A stretch of 64,000 bases of DNA, from positions 15,855,875 through 15,919,874 of the forward strand of contig OZ037768.1 in assembly GCA_964035545.1 (NCBI GenBank), read 5' to 3'. Of this stretch, positions 10,901 to 24,400 are shown piece after piece. Position 1 is the stretch's first letter; the number at the start of each line of letters is the position of its first letter. The position numbers and the translations under genes are program-made. Source of the stretch: Bugula neritina. Taxonomy: Eukaryota > Animalia > Bryozoa. The notes under the pieces are model-generated. The model was not told where the DNA came from. It did not search any database and was given only the letters and a program-made list of their open reading frames with translations.

Positions 10901-11944
10901 GACTTTTGTGGAGGAGGTAGAGTTGGCCGTGAAGGAGAGTCATAAGTCGTTTGCTTCTAGTCAGAGGCTCGTGCAGTTGACAAAGCTGCAAAGAGCCGAT
11001 GAAGTCTTGGCCCAAGTTATTAAGTTTGTTGAGACCTTATGGTCGGAGTGCCTTACCAATCAGGATAGACTTCTTTGCCCTTATTTTGAGTCAAGATCGT
11101 TGATTTCTACAGGTTGAGAGATTGGAAATTCTTCGGACTATTCATCAAGGTCATTTAGAGGTGACCAAGTGTCGTGCTCGAGCCAGGCAATATGTTTGGT
11201 GGCCGGGTATATCTCAGCAGATTGCTGACATGGTACGCCAGTGCAACACCTGCAGAATGCATGCCAACGTTGTTGTAGAGCCATTGATGGTAGCCGAGTT
11301 TCCTCAGCGTCCTTGGGAGAGGTTAGGTAGTGATTTGTTCTTTGTTCACAATCGTCGGTATTTCCTAGTAGTAGACTATTATTCTAGGTTTGTCGAGGTT
11401 GCTTTGTTGGCTGAACTCACTAGTAGGGAAGTTATTAGCCACATGTGGAGTATCTTTGCACGCTATGGTGTTCCAGATGTGTTGGTTTCAGTCAATGGCC
11501 CCCAGTACGCCAGCCATGAGTTTAAGTTGTTTGTTTCTTCTTACCAGTTTGCCCATGTCACTAGTTTACCAAAGCATCCTCAGGCTAACGGAGAGGCTGA
11601 GAGGGCAGTCTAAACAGTCAAGTCCTTGCTCAAGAAAGAGGCAGATTCATACCTTGCACTGTTGGCCTATCGATCTTCTCCTCCGGGAAATGGCTTGTCT
11701 CCTGCTCATATGTTGATTGGCAGTTCAGGAAAAAGAAGAGTTGAAGCGCAGTCAAGTGAAAGAGAATTTTGATATTAGGCATAAAGTTGCACCACTTCCA
11801 CCTTTGAAACGAGGCGACAGGGTGAGAATTAGAGACTTGAACAGGGACGCAGTAGTTATCCAACAGTGCGCACAGAGATCTTACACTGTTCAAGACACAG
11901 GTGGTACTGAGTTAAGACGCAACCGTAGAAGTTGTGTTTGCTTT
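7983..11944 (+). pseudogene. gag-pol polyprotein pseudogene of element B
   Basis: ATG 7983 (MAKFNP..); two knuckles CVRCGHNTHRFGKC and CHKCQKRGHFARVC; protease KLDTGAD; RT RICVDY, KLDANSGFYQI, VHMDD; RNase H QTDA..GIGAVL, TDHKPL; integrase HQGH..CNTC, VVDYYSRF, NGEAER. Several frameshifts and stops, and SDNG changed to SVNG. Confidence 0.93.
8359..8702. mobile_element. PIF/Harbinger (Tourist-like) MITE inserted in gag of element B
   Basis: About 70-bp imperfect TIRs (GCCTAGGGC[A/C]ACACTG...GTGTCCACTG); 3-bp TSD TTA (8356-8358, 8703-8705); removing 347 bp restores the gag frame (DFGVKRSEQIRDR). Confidence 0.9.
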
Positions 11945-11955
11945 AGAAAGAGAGG
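11945..11955 (+). promoter_or_regulatory. Polypurine tract of element B (AGAAAGAGAGG)
   Basis: Purine run abutting the 3' LTR. Confidence 0.85.
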
Positions 11956-12077
11956 TGTTGTATTATACTCCAATTACCGCACACGCGGAATTACTTTACT
12001 GTTTTGCTTTATTCGTGTGCGTTGTTATAGTACGTATGCTTCTTCTAAAAATACATCCTCTTGGTATTAACACAACA
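11956..12077 (+). repeat. 3' LTR of element B
   Basis: Direct repeat of 7766-7887, followed by the TSD. Confidence 0.93.
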
Positions 12078-12939
12078 GAAAAAAGCTGCACTGGAAGAGA
12101 TATGATATTCGATTTTAATTTAATACAAATTTAAAGCCTAAAACCTAGAACTTAGAGGATACATTTAATATCCACAATAAAACGATAAAGTCTTTAAATG
12201 ATATTCAAAATAATCTCACAAAAAATGAAAATGAGAGCAATTAACTTTTTTAATCTTACCATTTTTATTTTCATTTTGTTTTCAAGTCTCCAGAAGGTAC
12301 TTAAATATAATACTACCACGCTATTTTTGTCGCACAGAATGTTTATTTGCAACTATGGCGAGCAGTCTTGAACCAACAACCTGAATTTACCTGCATAATT
12401 AGGAAATTTGTCGCAAAATTATGTTGAAGCTATTTTACATCAATTTTAAGACAACTCCAATTATAAATTTCCATTCGGGTAACTACTGTATTCTTATTTA
12501 GACATTTGATAACTTTTCGAGTTATTTCACCTTATGTTATTAAATTAATGAAGGATAACTCTATAGACCAACAAGTTTTAAAGAAAGGCGCCCGCTATAA
12601 TATTAATAATTATTTTGTACTGCATTGATCATTCAATTTATTGGCGTTTAAAAGTTCAAGGTAAAAAAGACAAAATGAACAAATCATTTTGATTTTACTA
12701 CCGAACAATTCATTTGTTTTAACCAAATGCTATACGCTCACATTTAAGTGTTCAACTATTGCATTAAAAACCCAATTGCGCAGCAATAAAATTAAATATA
12801 GCTGATTAGACTTAGTGATTATCAGTGTGAGTATTAAATTCAATATTGTAAAATTAAATACGATTAGTATAAATGATTATTAATTAAAATATAATATTTA
12901 AATTATATTTAATTTTATAATCATAATCTGATCATGGTG

Positions 12940-13380
12940 GTTTCAATTATCAATAGTATTACTTATACTAATACTATTACTAATATTGATAGTTATAGTA
13001 ACTATAATTATAATAGTAATAGTAAATGTAATGCTAAGTTAAAGTAATAGTATTGGCTATTGTCTATTGAGTATTGAGTAATACTATTACTATTAGTATT
13101 ACTAATAGTAATAGTAATACTGACTTAATACTAATAGTAATACTAATATTGACTATTAGTAATACTCAGTATGAGTATTAGTATTGCTCAATACTAAGCT
13201 ACCATAACTATTACTATTAGTATTACTATTAGTATTAGACTTACTCTTGGTACTAATATTATTATTTTATAATTATTACATTTGATTTTGTAATACTAAT
13301 AGTAATAGTAATACTAGTGTTGCCATAATTATTATTAATGTTATAATCTTAATCATAATGTTGACTGTATTTGTAATGTT
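12940..13380. repeat. Degenerate AT-rich low-complexity array (TAGTAA/TACTAT/AGTATT-type units)
   Basis: Dense repetition of agtaat/agtatt/actaat hexamers; weaker continuation to about 14600. Confidence 0.7.
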
Positions 13381-13942
13381 TGCAAGGAGTAGAAAACTCG
13401 CACTATACAGTTAGCATTCACTTTCAGTTGGTGCGAGTAAATTTGAGACCGGAGTTGCTTCTAGTTCTTGCAAAATAATTTGCATGAGCTACAGTACAAG
13501 TAAAGTATTACTATTAGTAGGCCTATAGAGCTATAAGTATAAGGTTAGCAGTAGTGTAAGTTACTAATTTTAATTCGTAATTAGCATTTAGATTATTAAT
13601 ATAAAGCTCTGCGTTAACTGTTATAATTTAGTTAGTGTTACTATTGCCATTGGTCATAAATTTAAAAGAAGGGATTTAAAATCAGGTCAAAGCTACTGTA
13701 AAATGTAAAGAGCACTGGCAATAATTATAATTACATTATAATAAATAATTAAACTTGAGACTAAAAAGTAAAAAGCTAATTATTTATTTCCAAATTAAAA
13801 TGCTCATAACATTATGTTTTAACAATAACTGTGTCCTAGTCATACTCAACTCATAGTGAGTGTAATAGTCACACTTATAGTTATAGTCTTAGTGATGCTG
13901 TCAGTGTGATACTTATTCTTAAAGTCATCCTTGTAAAATAAT

Positions 13943-14005
13943 TGCCTTCACCGATTTGAACCACAGACCACAAGCAGGCATGCTAACCAACTACACCACA
14001 GAGGC
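13943..14005 (-). pseudogene. Degenerate tRNA-derived sequence (tRNA pseudogene or SINE head)
   Basis: Minus strand GCCTCTG-TGGTGTAGTTGG (A box)...GGTTCAAATC (B box)...AGGCA; too short for a full cloverleaf. Confidence 0.45.
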
Positions 14006-15863
14006 AGCTGGGTAAACTCAACACTACAATCCTCATGTTGATACTCATACTGATACTGATTATCATATACCGTAACCACAGTAATACTGATCATGACTTA
14101 TGTCTTCAAGTTGTCACTGAGTTTGACAAAGGACCCAGTTTATACCTATAGCAATGGTTACAGCCTATTGGGTTATAGAATTATTATTTATTATTAACTT
14201 ATAGTTGTTGATAAATAATATTTAGCTTCACTATTATTTACTAATAGTAATACTAGTAGCAATAGTAAGATTACTCATTTATGTATTTTTTATCAGGGTT
14301 AATTCCTTACTGCATAAACTCATAAAAATAGCAATGTGAATGTAGGTATTTTGTATAATTGTGTTATTATCAATAATAATATTCATGTTGGTGTTGGTAC
14401 TCACATTAATATTCATACTAGTCATTTTTCACAGTAATGAATAACATTGGAGTTAATATTCATATTGAATTTGGTATTCATGTTGATGGTAAGATCATAT
14501 TGTGGTAATAATATTAATAATTTGAATGTACCATTAATATTACTAGTGCTCATAATATGCATAATAGTAAGTAAGTAAACAAATTACTACTAATAGCAGT
14601 CAGTAGTGTATCCTCTACATGAAAGCCAATCAAATGCACTAGATAGTAAGTAGATAAGGCCCATTTTAGATTTAGTTTTTGCTTAATTGCCCTGAACGAT
14701 TTTTGCTATGAGTTGCGCAGCTTGAATTCAAACCCACAAGCTCTTTTTTAGTTTTAGAGTTATGCGCAATTATGCTACCCTGACACCCTTGCAATAGTGA
14801 CAACGTAATCTGTAATTATAACAAAAAGGATATTTATAACTATAACCAGATAAAATCACTGATTTAATGCTAATAGTGATTACAGTTATAACTTTATATA
14901 GTATTTGTTCAGCTTATCAAGTGAAGATTGCTCATAATGATTATCACCATCTATTGTAAGGATAATACAAAACTTGATCAACATCAATAATTAAAACTAT
15001 GATAAGCATTATAATTGCATTTGTGATAATGATCTTCACAAAATTATTGAATCCAGAGTTAATAAATATAAAAAGTACTATGTAAAAGGTGTTATTGAAA
15101 TTATGACTATTCAGTAATTTAAACCAGATAGCTTAAATTATAATCCAATAGAATCTTGATTAAAAGGAGTTTTTTGGAAGCATTATATGTTGTTTACTAA
15201 TGACTCAAAATATACAAGTACTTTAGCACCTTTTATTGAACTACATGGTTAATATTATGCTGTGCAATACTCAATTATATACAATTTTAAGGCCCTTAGT
15301 CTAATAAATATACCTAATAGATTGTTGATCTAGTAAACTGTAAATTAATAATCAGAGTTGATTTATAAACATAGGGTGAATGAGGCATGTATTTAGATCA
15401 CTCGATTTGATTGCTATTGAACATTGTGTGCTGTTGACCTTATTAATATTTTGTGTTCATGGTCAGGAATTCACGCTCTATCATGCATGCAGTTAAATTC
15501 AGTGATTTAGATTCAGCGATGCAAGCAGAGAGTTGAGTTACAAGCACAAGTTTAGTTGGTTGTTAGCTTGGAGTTACAATACTCCTCTATGGAAGACTGC
15601 TAAGCATCAAAATAGTTATCAGTGCAGATTCTATCTAACACATTAAATCAATGCTAATGATACCAGCAATGCACTAAGAGGGTTTTGTACTGCATTGTTT
15701 TCTATTGTTTATTTTATTGGCTGATAACACAGACTTTTTCCCATTTCAGTATTCAACTTTACAGATAAAAGCTGGGGAATAAATTTTAGTCACTGCAGTA
15801 GTTAATGGACACTGAAAGAACTTCCTGATTTCATGCTTTTTACCTGCTAGTTGAAAGTAAAGG

Positions 15864-15930
15864 ATGAGTGTGGGAGAAGCTGAGCAAATGGAGGAACTTG
15901 TAGAAGTGGCTAATGGCAGTAATGGGGAAA
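15864..15930 (+). CDS. IQGAP: Probable alternative first coding exon of IQGAP (MSVGEAEQMEELVEVANGSNGE)
   Basis: AGGATGA start, 67 nt, phase-1 donor GTAGGT compatible with the exon at 19613. Confidence 0.5.
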
Positions 15931-18436
15931 GTAGGTTCTTATTTTTTATACTCTAGTATAATTAATCCAGTTAAATTTTAATTTACTAAACTTGTACTAA
16001 ACCTGTTTTTATTAAGTTAAGTTGCAGCTAAAGCTTTTAGGTTGTTATGCCAGCATAACCAAACCTTGTGTTCACTGAGGATAATAAATCTCACAAAGAG
16101 TTTCAATTGTCATTAACTGTGAAAGTACCCAAAGAGAATGAGAAGTATGCAAGCTGCAATGTACATGTTACATGTTCTCTAAAGGTGGTGTCTCTAATAA
16201 TGAGGTATAAGATGAACCATTGGCTTTACTCTGTTGAAACCCCATTGTTTTTGCCTTGGCCAGCTGAAGCTTCAAACACTATCAGTGGGGATAATATTAG
16301 ACTAGTATAAAGCTTACTATCACCAGCTGGTTAGTTGCAGTAATAATTTTTATCATATTGTGTTGAAGATTAACAAACAAAAAGATTTATTCACATTGGA
16401 GTGATATTGAGGTCAGATTTCTTGCAATATCAGTTAGGTTCACATATTTGCTTGTGAGGTGCGTATTGGTAGCTAACTTACTTCCTGTTAGTATTCACAA
16501 TTGACTACACACTACAGTCTACACTACACTTTACTACACACTCCCTCAGCTCCTACCTACTAATCCCCCTCCTCAGTTATCATCATAATTCAAACTGATT
16601 GGCAGATCCTTAGTGGGATACAGGAGCAGATCTCCCTGATTAGAATCTGTATCTCTATTTATGGCCTCCTGATCAGTGAATACTTCTATTGTTAGTAGAT
16701 GTCACATGAAATCTCCTGCTTTTTAGCCGTCAGACTGGTAGTGAAATATTATTTGAAACATCTCTGCATAGTGAACTGTTTGATACTCCACACTGGACAC
16801 CTACAGTGTACTCACTAATCTCACAATATGCATATAACCAACATAATATACATTATATATACCCTATGACATGGTTATTAATTTCGTATACTGGATTGTT
16901 GGTGTTTTAATTGTGAAATACTGCGGAGTTGCAGTTTTGTTAATATTGTCAGTCTACCATGCATTTGTAGCATAAGATGTTTTATACTGTACTTGTAAAG
17001 TGCAACCCCAAACCAAAAGTTATAAACTCAAACTAAGCAAAATTCTGGATCTCCAAGCCTTAGATGGTCTCCACATAGAAATCCACAGCTGTCCATTGAG
17101 TATTAGGCATATTCTAGCATATTCTGTGCATTGTCACATTTCTACTAAGCCTATCCATTCTCTTCTATATTGAATAATTTTAAATATCAAGTGATGAAAT
17201 ATTTGTCTGAAGGTTTGAGTAATGTGTACTTATTTCACCATAAACATACCAGCCTTATTTTGAACTACTGCAAAGTAATGTTTGAAAACTTTTGTTATCT
17301 CTTGATTTTTGTGAATAGCAGAACTGTTGGGTTATTTGGATTGACTCAAAATATTCATTAGCGCATTGAAAGAGAACAATAACATCTGCAAGCAATGTAA
17401 TGCAGTGATATACCGCATGTATGAAGAAAGTAGCTAACTCATTAGATCACGCATCTTGGGATGGTTACTCTCAACAATAAACGAAATTAATAAAAATAAA
17501 CAGTATACAAATATTAACAAAAGTCTATTGCTGTACTGGTGCAGTTGACCAGAGAGAGTATCGGAAGTTTGTTTTATTCATTTGTAAAATGGACGGTGGT
17601 AGCTTTGCCTTGAAGAAAAACGGTAGTATTAGCGAAAGTTTTAGATGGCGATACTGTTGGAGAAAACAATGTATTTCAGTTGCTATGTGCTTCGAAGGTA
17701 TGCATGTTATCAGCTTTGCAGTAAACTTTAGGCAGTGTTCACTAACCATATGATTTATTGAGTGTGTGACTTGTGTTACTTCGTGGAACTGGAAGCAAAG
17801 TTTAATTAAATGTAAATTGTGTAAATTACTACATTTTATTGAACTGGCTCATTATTTTCTTACCTTGAATCTTTATGAATATCGCAGATGAACTGAGGCA
17901 ATTTATAGGAAGGCAATATCAAATGTAAAGATTTGATTTACTGCTAGTATTAGTGTACTGCCGGGACTATTGATATTGAATTGTTTCTCCCTACACCAAT
18001 ACAGGAATATGAGAAGAATGGGTAATGAGTATAATAGTTATAAATTGTTGGGGTTAGTTTTGATCATAGTAATTCCATGCTGCTTCTACTAACATTGTAT
18101 GCTGATAGTTCCTTCTCTCTAGAGATTTGATCTGAGGTATGAAGAGCAATGCCTCAGTATGCTGTTCTAATGATGTTATATAAACAATAATGGCAAACCT
18201 CTAGTGACATCAGCTGTAGGTATTTTGATTTAATCTTCTTGTTTTTCCTGTGGGTTTACATTAGAGATGACCTTCAGTCTCTGGCAGGCACTGCAATCAG
18301 CCACATCACAATTTCATTTTTCTTGAGGCTGCCTTTAGCTGCAGTTGCTGTCTTCAAGTGTGGCTCTGCCCTACACAGTTTTTCGGCAAGGCTCTGTTCA
18401 GCTATCTACTCAAATGACAATTCCTTCAACGATATT

Positions 18437-21400
18437 ATGTTGCGTCAAATGTTCTCGAGGGACGAGGAAGATGTATTTGGTACGGACTATTCTCGGTTAG
18501 CCCGGACTGCATATCGAACCAGACATGCTTCACTCACAACTCGAATGATGAGACAATCAACTACAGGCAGTCTGTCGAGACAAACATGTAGTAGTTATAA
18601 CAGTTTAGGGCGCCAGTCATCTAACGGTAATCAAAGCCTACTAAACCATACCAATATTCCTGGATTTAGGTCTCGCAGCTCCTCTGTAAGCTCCACCGCT
18701 TCTTTTGACTCTTCATGGTTTAAACCAAGTTTTCGGGCCAGCTATGGGTGTAGGTATTTTGTTTCATTGAATTTCACTTTGGCCTGTAAGGTTAACCTTT
18801 TATCATCGTACTTTTTGTAATAACTTTTTGCACTGTATTCACCATTGTAATATGACTTTTGATTAATATGAAGTAATGTTTAAATATTTCTGTGCTACTC
18901 ATGATGCATTAATGAAATATTTGTTGAGGAATAATTAAATGCTTGTTGTCTGTTGGTTGGTGAATAATAGGTTTTTGGATGCATCAGAAAAGTTTTATGC
19001 CTGGCAAGTCGCCTATTAGGGGTGAGCTGGTAGAAGCAGTAGAGTTATTGAGAAAGTAGGTAACAAGGGTGATGGTGAATTAGCTGCAATTCTTGGCAGT
19101 TCCAGAAAGCTTTCTGTTCTGTTTCAAAATTGGCTTAGTCAACTGACACACCAAGCCAAGAAGAGACACACATTTAGTATTAGATTAAATATAAAAAATA
19201 AAACACTGCCAAAATTGCTAAAGTTGCACATAATAAAAAATGACTAAAGCTACAAGGCAGTAATGTATATAATGTTATCTAGCGTTGCTGTTTCAACTGC
19301 ATTGTCTTTATACAGTCCTATATGTTACTTGCAATTCCAACCTGGTATATCTGCCTTGTGTGTAAAATTTCTCCCCATGGAATTGAAGCTGCCTGACTCT
19401 GTCATGTGGAACTATTTATTTTCTCACAGCAAGACTTCTGCTTGTATGCTGCCACTGCAATCTATTATAATTTGCTGTATGTGTTGATAAAACAAATAGG
19501 CACTTGACACAAACATTGTCATATTTTTTACATGAATCTTCAACCGAAATGTTTCATGCTTTGTAAGAAAATATTTCTCCCTTTCATCTGTTTTCTACCT
19601 TCTGTTTGGTAGCCATAGACGATTTGGAGTCTGGTGATGTCACTGATGGTCACATGACTGCTGATGAAATGGATCAGAAAAGGAAACAAAACATGGCATA
19701 TGAATACCTTTGTCATCTTGAGGAGGCCAAAAAGTAAGTGACTCTGGTGGTTTGTCATTATTTGTAAAATTTTATTGACATATCTCGCCCACCTACATTT
19801 TTATTTTTTCTACATTCTCTGTTTTTTTTAGATTTTACTCATTTTTGTTTCCCTATCCTCATATGTAGTACATTCCTTTCACCAGTCTGAGTAACAGCCT
19901 AGCTGCTATTTATATTTTCATTCGAGTTTCTGCTCCATATGTCACTGCTGTTGTTCTCTAAATATATGGACACTTTGCTTTTTAACATCTCCCTCTGCTC
20001 TTTAAATGTTTCCCATCCAGCATTTTATTCTAAATTCCTATCTCTTGCCATGATAACTGTATTCATATCCGATGTTGTTTGGCTGCATTTACTTTCAATA
20101 CCATCCTCTTGTGAAGTTCTTCTGCTTTAAGACATGTCTGCAAGCATGATTTTTTAATTTAATTAGTGAAATTAGCGTCACAAAAATAGAATGGGGATAA
20201 AAACAAGTTGAGATGGTATGTTTCTAACATAAAAGTTTTCTTGCTAGCAAGTGTCTGTGCATTCCACAAGAATGGAGGTCAATTAGGTTTACAGGAGTCT
20301 TGTAAAGAAATGGGCTTGTTGCTGTGCAAATGTTATGAAGATGTAGTTAGTGAATGAGAAAAACATACAGTGTGTTAATGTTGGTTTTCATAAACCTATG
20401 ATACTGTATTACTACACTTACAAATTCATTACACAACAGCATCACTACATTCACAGTAATAACTACACCCACAATATTACTTTTACACCACAATTACATT
20501 ACTACGGATATAACTACCCTCACAGTATTACTATTCTAATATTACACCATCACTAAGGTTGTACCCACAGTATGGCTGCATACTACCAACACATACACCA
20601 CCTACTCTGAACTTTGTGTCTGCTGTTGATAGTTAGAATATATGTTGTTTTAGATGGATAGAAGCTTGTATTGATGAAGAGCTTCCTGCAACCACAGAGC
20701 TAGAAGAGAATTTACAGAACGGTGTTCTACTAGCTAAACTAGGGCATTTCTTTGCACCGAAAGTGGTGCCATGGAAACGCATCTATGACAAAGAGCTGAC
20801 TAGGTTTAAGGTGAGTAGCAGCTTGTATTTAGTTCTGCCCCACTTCTGGCAAGAAGGTCCGGTAGTAGTGAGGGTACTGCACCCACATGCATTCCTAGTC
20901 AGTCAACATGGCCACTAGCTTACAGCCATCTAAATTCTAAACTAAGTGAAGCTAGCGAGTGGGTGAGAGGTGTTTAAATCTCAATCTGCTTGAATGGGCA
21001 GAGAATTGTTACTGGAATAGCTATTTCACTGTTCAGCAGCAGCAACCGTGTTAAAATAGGTATTTGCCTCAGCTGGTATGTAAAGGTGATGCTGGTAAAT
21101 TGACAAAGTAAACAGAAAATCAGCTTGGCATTTCTCTACCACTCATTTATTACTATTTACTACTTCCAATCATACACCACTACTGTGACTAGACCAACAG
21201 AGATCAATAACCCCCTAAGGAGATTAATATCCACTTGTTGTGTTACCACTTACCACTGTGTGGTGTTACTACTGTGTGGTGTTACTACTTACGACTGTGA
21301 GGTGTGTTACCACCGTGTGTTGTGACAACACTGTGATGTGATACTGTGTTGTGATACTGTGTTGTGATGTTACAAGCTTTAATAGTAAAAGCCCAATATT

Positions 21401-24400
21401 GTAGTGTTGTGTTAACTATCAAATATGTGAAATAGGAGTCTGAGATTTCTTGCAGGTGTAAAGTTTCCAATGTAGCTTGATGTGAATGCATGTAAGACTT
21501 GCAGTTGCAATACAATTATCACAATGTATCAGATTTTGTGTTTATTTTTGCGTAGCAATCTGGTCTCCACTACAGACACACCGACAATGTCGTTCAGTTC
21601 TTTGGAGCTTGTGAAAATGCGGGTCTACCCTCTGTAAGTATGACGTTTCTCTACATCCTGCCAACTGTATGTAATGTATGTTCATGTACATTCTTCTCTC
21701 AAATGTTACTAGCTCTGTGCTAGCTACTTACTCATTACTGATTAGTAACTTGTCACCTCTACTGACTCCCTACTCACTAATTAATCACCACCTACTAGTT
21801 GCTCCTTACTGATTAGTGACTCATCAGTTGCTAGCCACTCACCACTAACTATTACTACATTTTTTCGTAGAATATTTTAACAGGGATCTTTTTAGGTATT
21901 CCCTGTTGTATGTCTATACCTGTATATATCTGTATAATAGTAACTCTTGAATTGTCTGCAATATAAGCCTCTGTAAGTCCAGCATCCTAGAGTCTAGACT
22001 ATTTCTGTCAAGCAGTTGGCCCCCATATGATATGTACTGGAGGGTGGTATCTGGAGGTTGAAGGTGACACCCTAATTAGTCCTGTTATTCTAGCACTGTT
22101 TATTCATTTGTATCCACACTGAATATAAATTACAAATGTAGAATTTGCTGTTCTCAGCAGCTCTGTATAGGCTGCTATTTAGTTTTTATGTTACTGACAT
22201 TTAAAAGGCCTGGCTGGTATCAAGTCACAGCCTGATTAAATACAACTGAGTTGACAGGGCAATTCATAATGCAGTCTGTTGCTGCATCTATTTGATACAC
22301 AGTGGAATTTTAATTATAAATCATCACTAGTAGCCCACCAGCTTGTTCTATGGATATAGGTGTGTGTATTACTCCCCCTTCAGTTGTTCGGATATTCAAT
22401 ATTTATAATTATATATTGGGTGTAAATCCCTGTTTGAAGTTAAGGATGTCTTCACTGTTTATCAAACCTGTGTTATTGCTTACTTTTCCTGAAGAAATGG
22501 TTTGTCCATGAGTTCATGGAAACATTCTCTGTCTTTCAGGGTATAAAGCAGATCTTCAGAGTTAATAGTTGTAAAGGAAACGCCGTGAGATCATTCAATT
22601 GTGTCTTTACAATATTCTCCCCAGGCTGTATTTTATCAGAACAATAAATGTGAATTTTGCAATTAATGATATGCTTGGGGCACTGTTTCATCACAATAAC
22701 ATTGTTCCTAGTGTGAGTAATGATTTGTTGGAAATGAATGTCAAGTTATTTAGCTGTATTTAGCATTAGAGAGGAAAAATATTATTTTTAAACACCTTTA
22801 TTATTGGCTGAATGTTGAAAATGGTGCATTTCGAGAGTATTTCACAATGAGACTTTCTAGTTTTAGAAGCTCAATACAACCTTACACTGAAATAGAGAGC
22901 AACACCTACACACCACATGTTTACTATCAGTTAGTAGCTGCAGCTGCTGTAGTGACTGATGGGAGCTCACGGGCTAAAAGCATCCTTAGTTATGTTATTG
23001 GGGGTGTGGGACAACTTCTCTTGTGCAAGCAGTTCAAAAGCTCATCTGCAATGTGTTAGGTTCAGATGTATATATACCAATACATATGCTGTATACTTGC
23101 TACACATAGTAACTGCCAGTATAAGATGCTACTAGCCCCAGTATTCTATATGATGGCTGCTACTTTGATTATGACATTTTTGTTTTAGATATTTTACCCT
23201 GATACTTCAGATGTTTACGACAGGAAAAATATGCCTAAACTGATCTACTGCATTCATGCTCTCAGCCTTTTCCTTCATAAACTCGGTAAAGCCCCTTTGA
23301 TTATGGACCTGGTGGGCACAGCACAGTTCTCAGGTGGGATTCATCTTCTCATTCTGCCTGATGATAATGAAGGCTTCGTACTACATTTCATAGCTAAAAT
23401 CAAGCATAAAGTTCTCAACAATTTTTTAAAAAGTTTTTCAAGTGTGTAACGGGTTATCTTGTCTGAAAAATATTGTTAAATGACATTACCTTAAGTTAGT
23501 TATTATGCTTGCATTTTAAGTTAAAAACCTTATACTTCATTTAAATGTCTGTACAAAGCTGTTGAGATTCTTAAACCAGGTAAATGGCTGCATTCACTAT
23601 TCACCTGTGTCAGAGCAGGTGAATATCTCGTTTATCTGTGCCAGACTAGAAGTTTCCATCCTGGTTTCTTGTATTGAATTATTTAAAATAATAATAATAA
23701 TAACCTTAATAGGTTACATTACTATATCCATCAACAGCCACGATCAATTTCTAGTGACTAAAGCAGGCAGGTTAGTTTAAGAGTTGGAGCTCATGCTTAG
23801 ATATTGGCTGTTTAATAGTTGTGATAACTTCCAATCATCAATGCTCAGTGTATAATGGCACATCAACCTTCTCAAAATTGTACAGGGAATACAGTTTAGT
23901 AAAATAGTATAACAAAGTCTTGGCTATGTTATAATCAGGGAGTCTAGCAGTGGTCACATGACATCTAAAGCCTATTACCATTCATTAATGTTATTTGTTG
24001 ATGAGGACATGAGTAGTAGAAGTGCAGAGCTAAGTAGCTAGAGAAAGAACAGCTCTGGTGATATTGCCAGTGTTGTTTGTTCACTGTAGCAGCAGCAGAA
24101 AGTTTCAATAATATAATATATTTCATTGGTGGCAACGAGTCAGTCTTGAGTCTTAAAATGCTGAAAAGAGTATCTTCACGTTACCGGGGTAACCAAAAGT
24201 TGTAGAAATGAATTACATGCAGCTGCAGGTTCTTTGCATAGCAATTCGCTGCAACTTCTAGATAGATTGTTGAGTCAGACCCAGGGACAGATATTATCCT
24301 GATTCCCTGTGTACATGTTATCACTGTGTAAGAAATGACTACAAGAGAGGATATTTGATCTCAAGTCACATGCTTATGGATTATGTTTATCCCCACCCAT

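Larger units (their letters stand above)
7766..12077 (+). mobile_element. Ty3/Gypsy LTR retrotransposon B (Mag-like), degenerate
   Basis: 122-bp LTRs 7766-7887 and 11956-12077 (6 mismatches), ends TGTTGT...ACAACA; 5-bp TSD GAAAA (7761-7765, 12078-12082); PBS, PPT and gag-PR-RT-RH-IN order. Confidence 0.95.

Noticed and set aside
18015-18030. Possible extra IQGAP micro or first exon (ATGAGAAGAATGG|GTAATG)
   Set aside because: Too short and signals too weak to support without transcripts.
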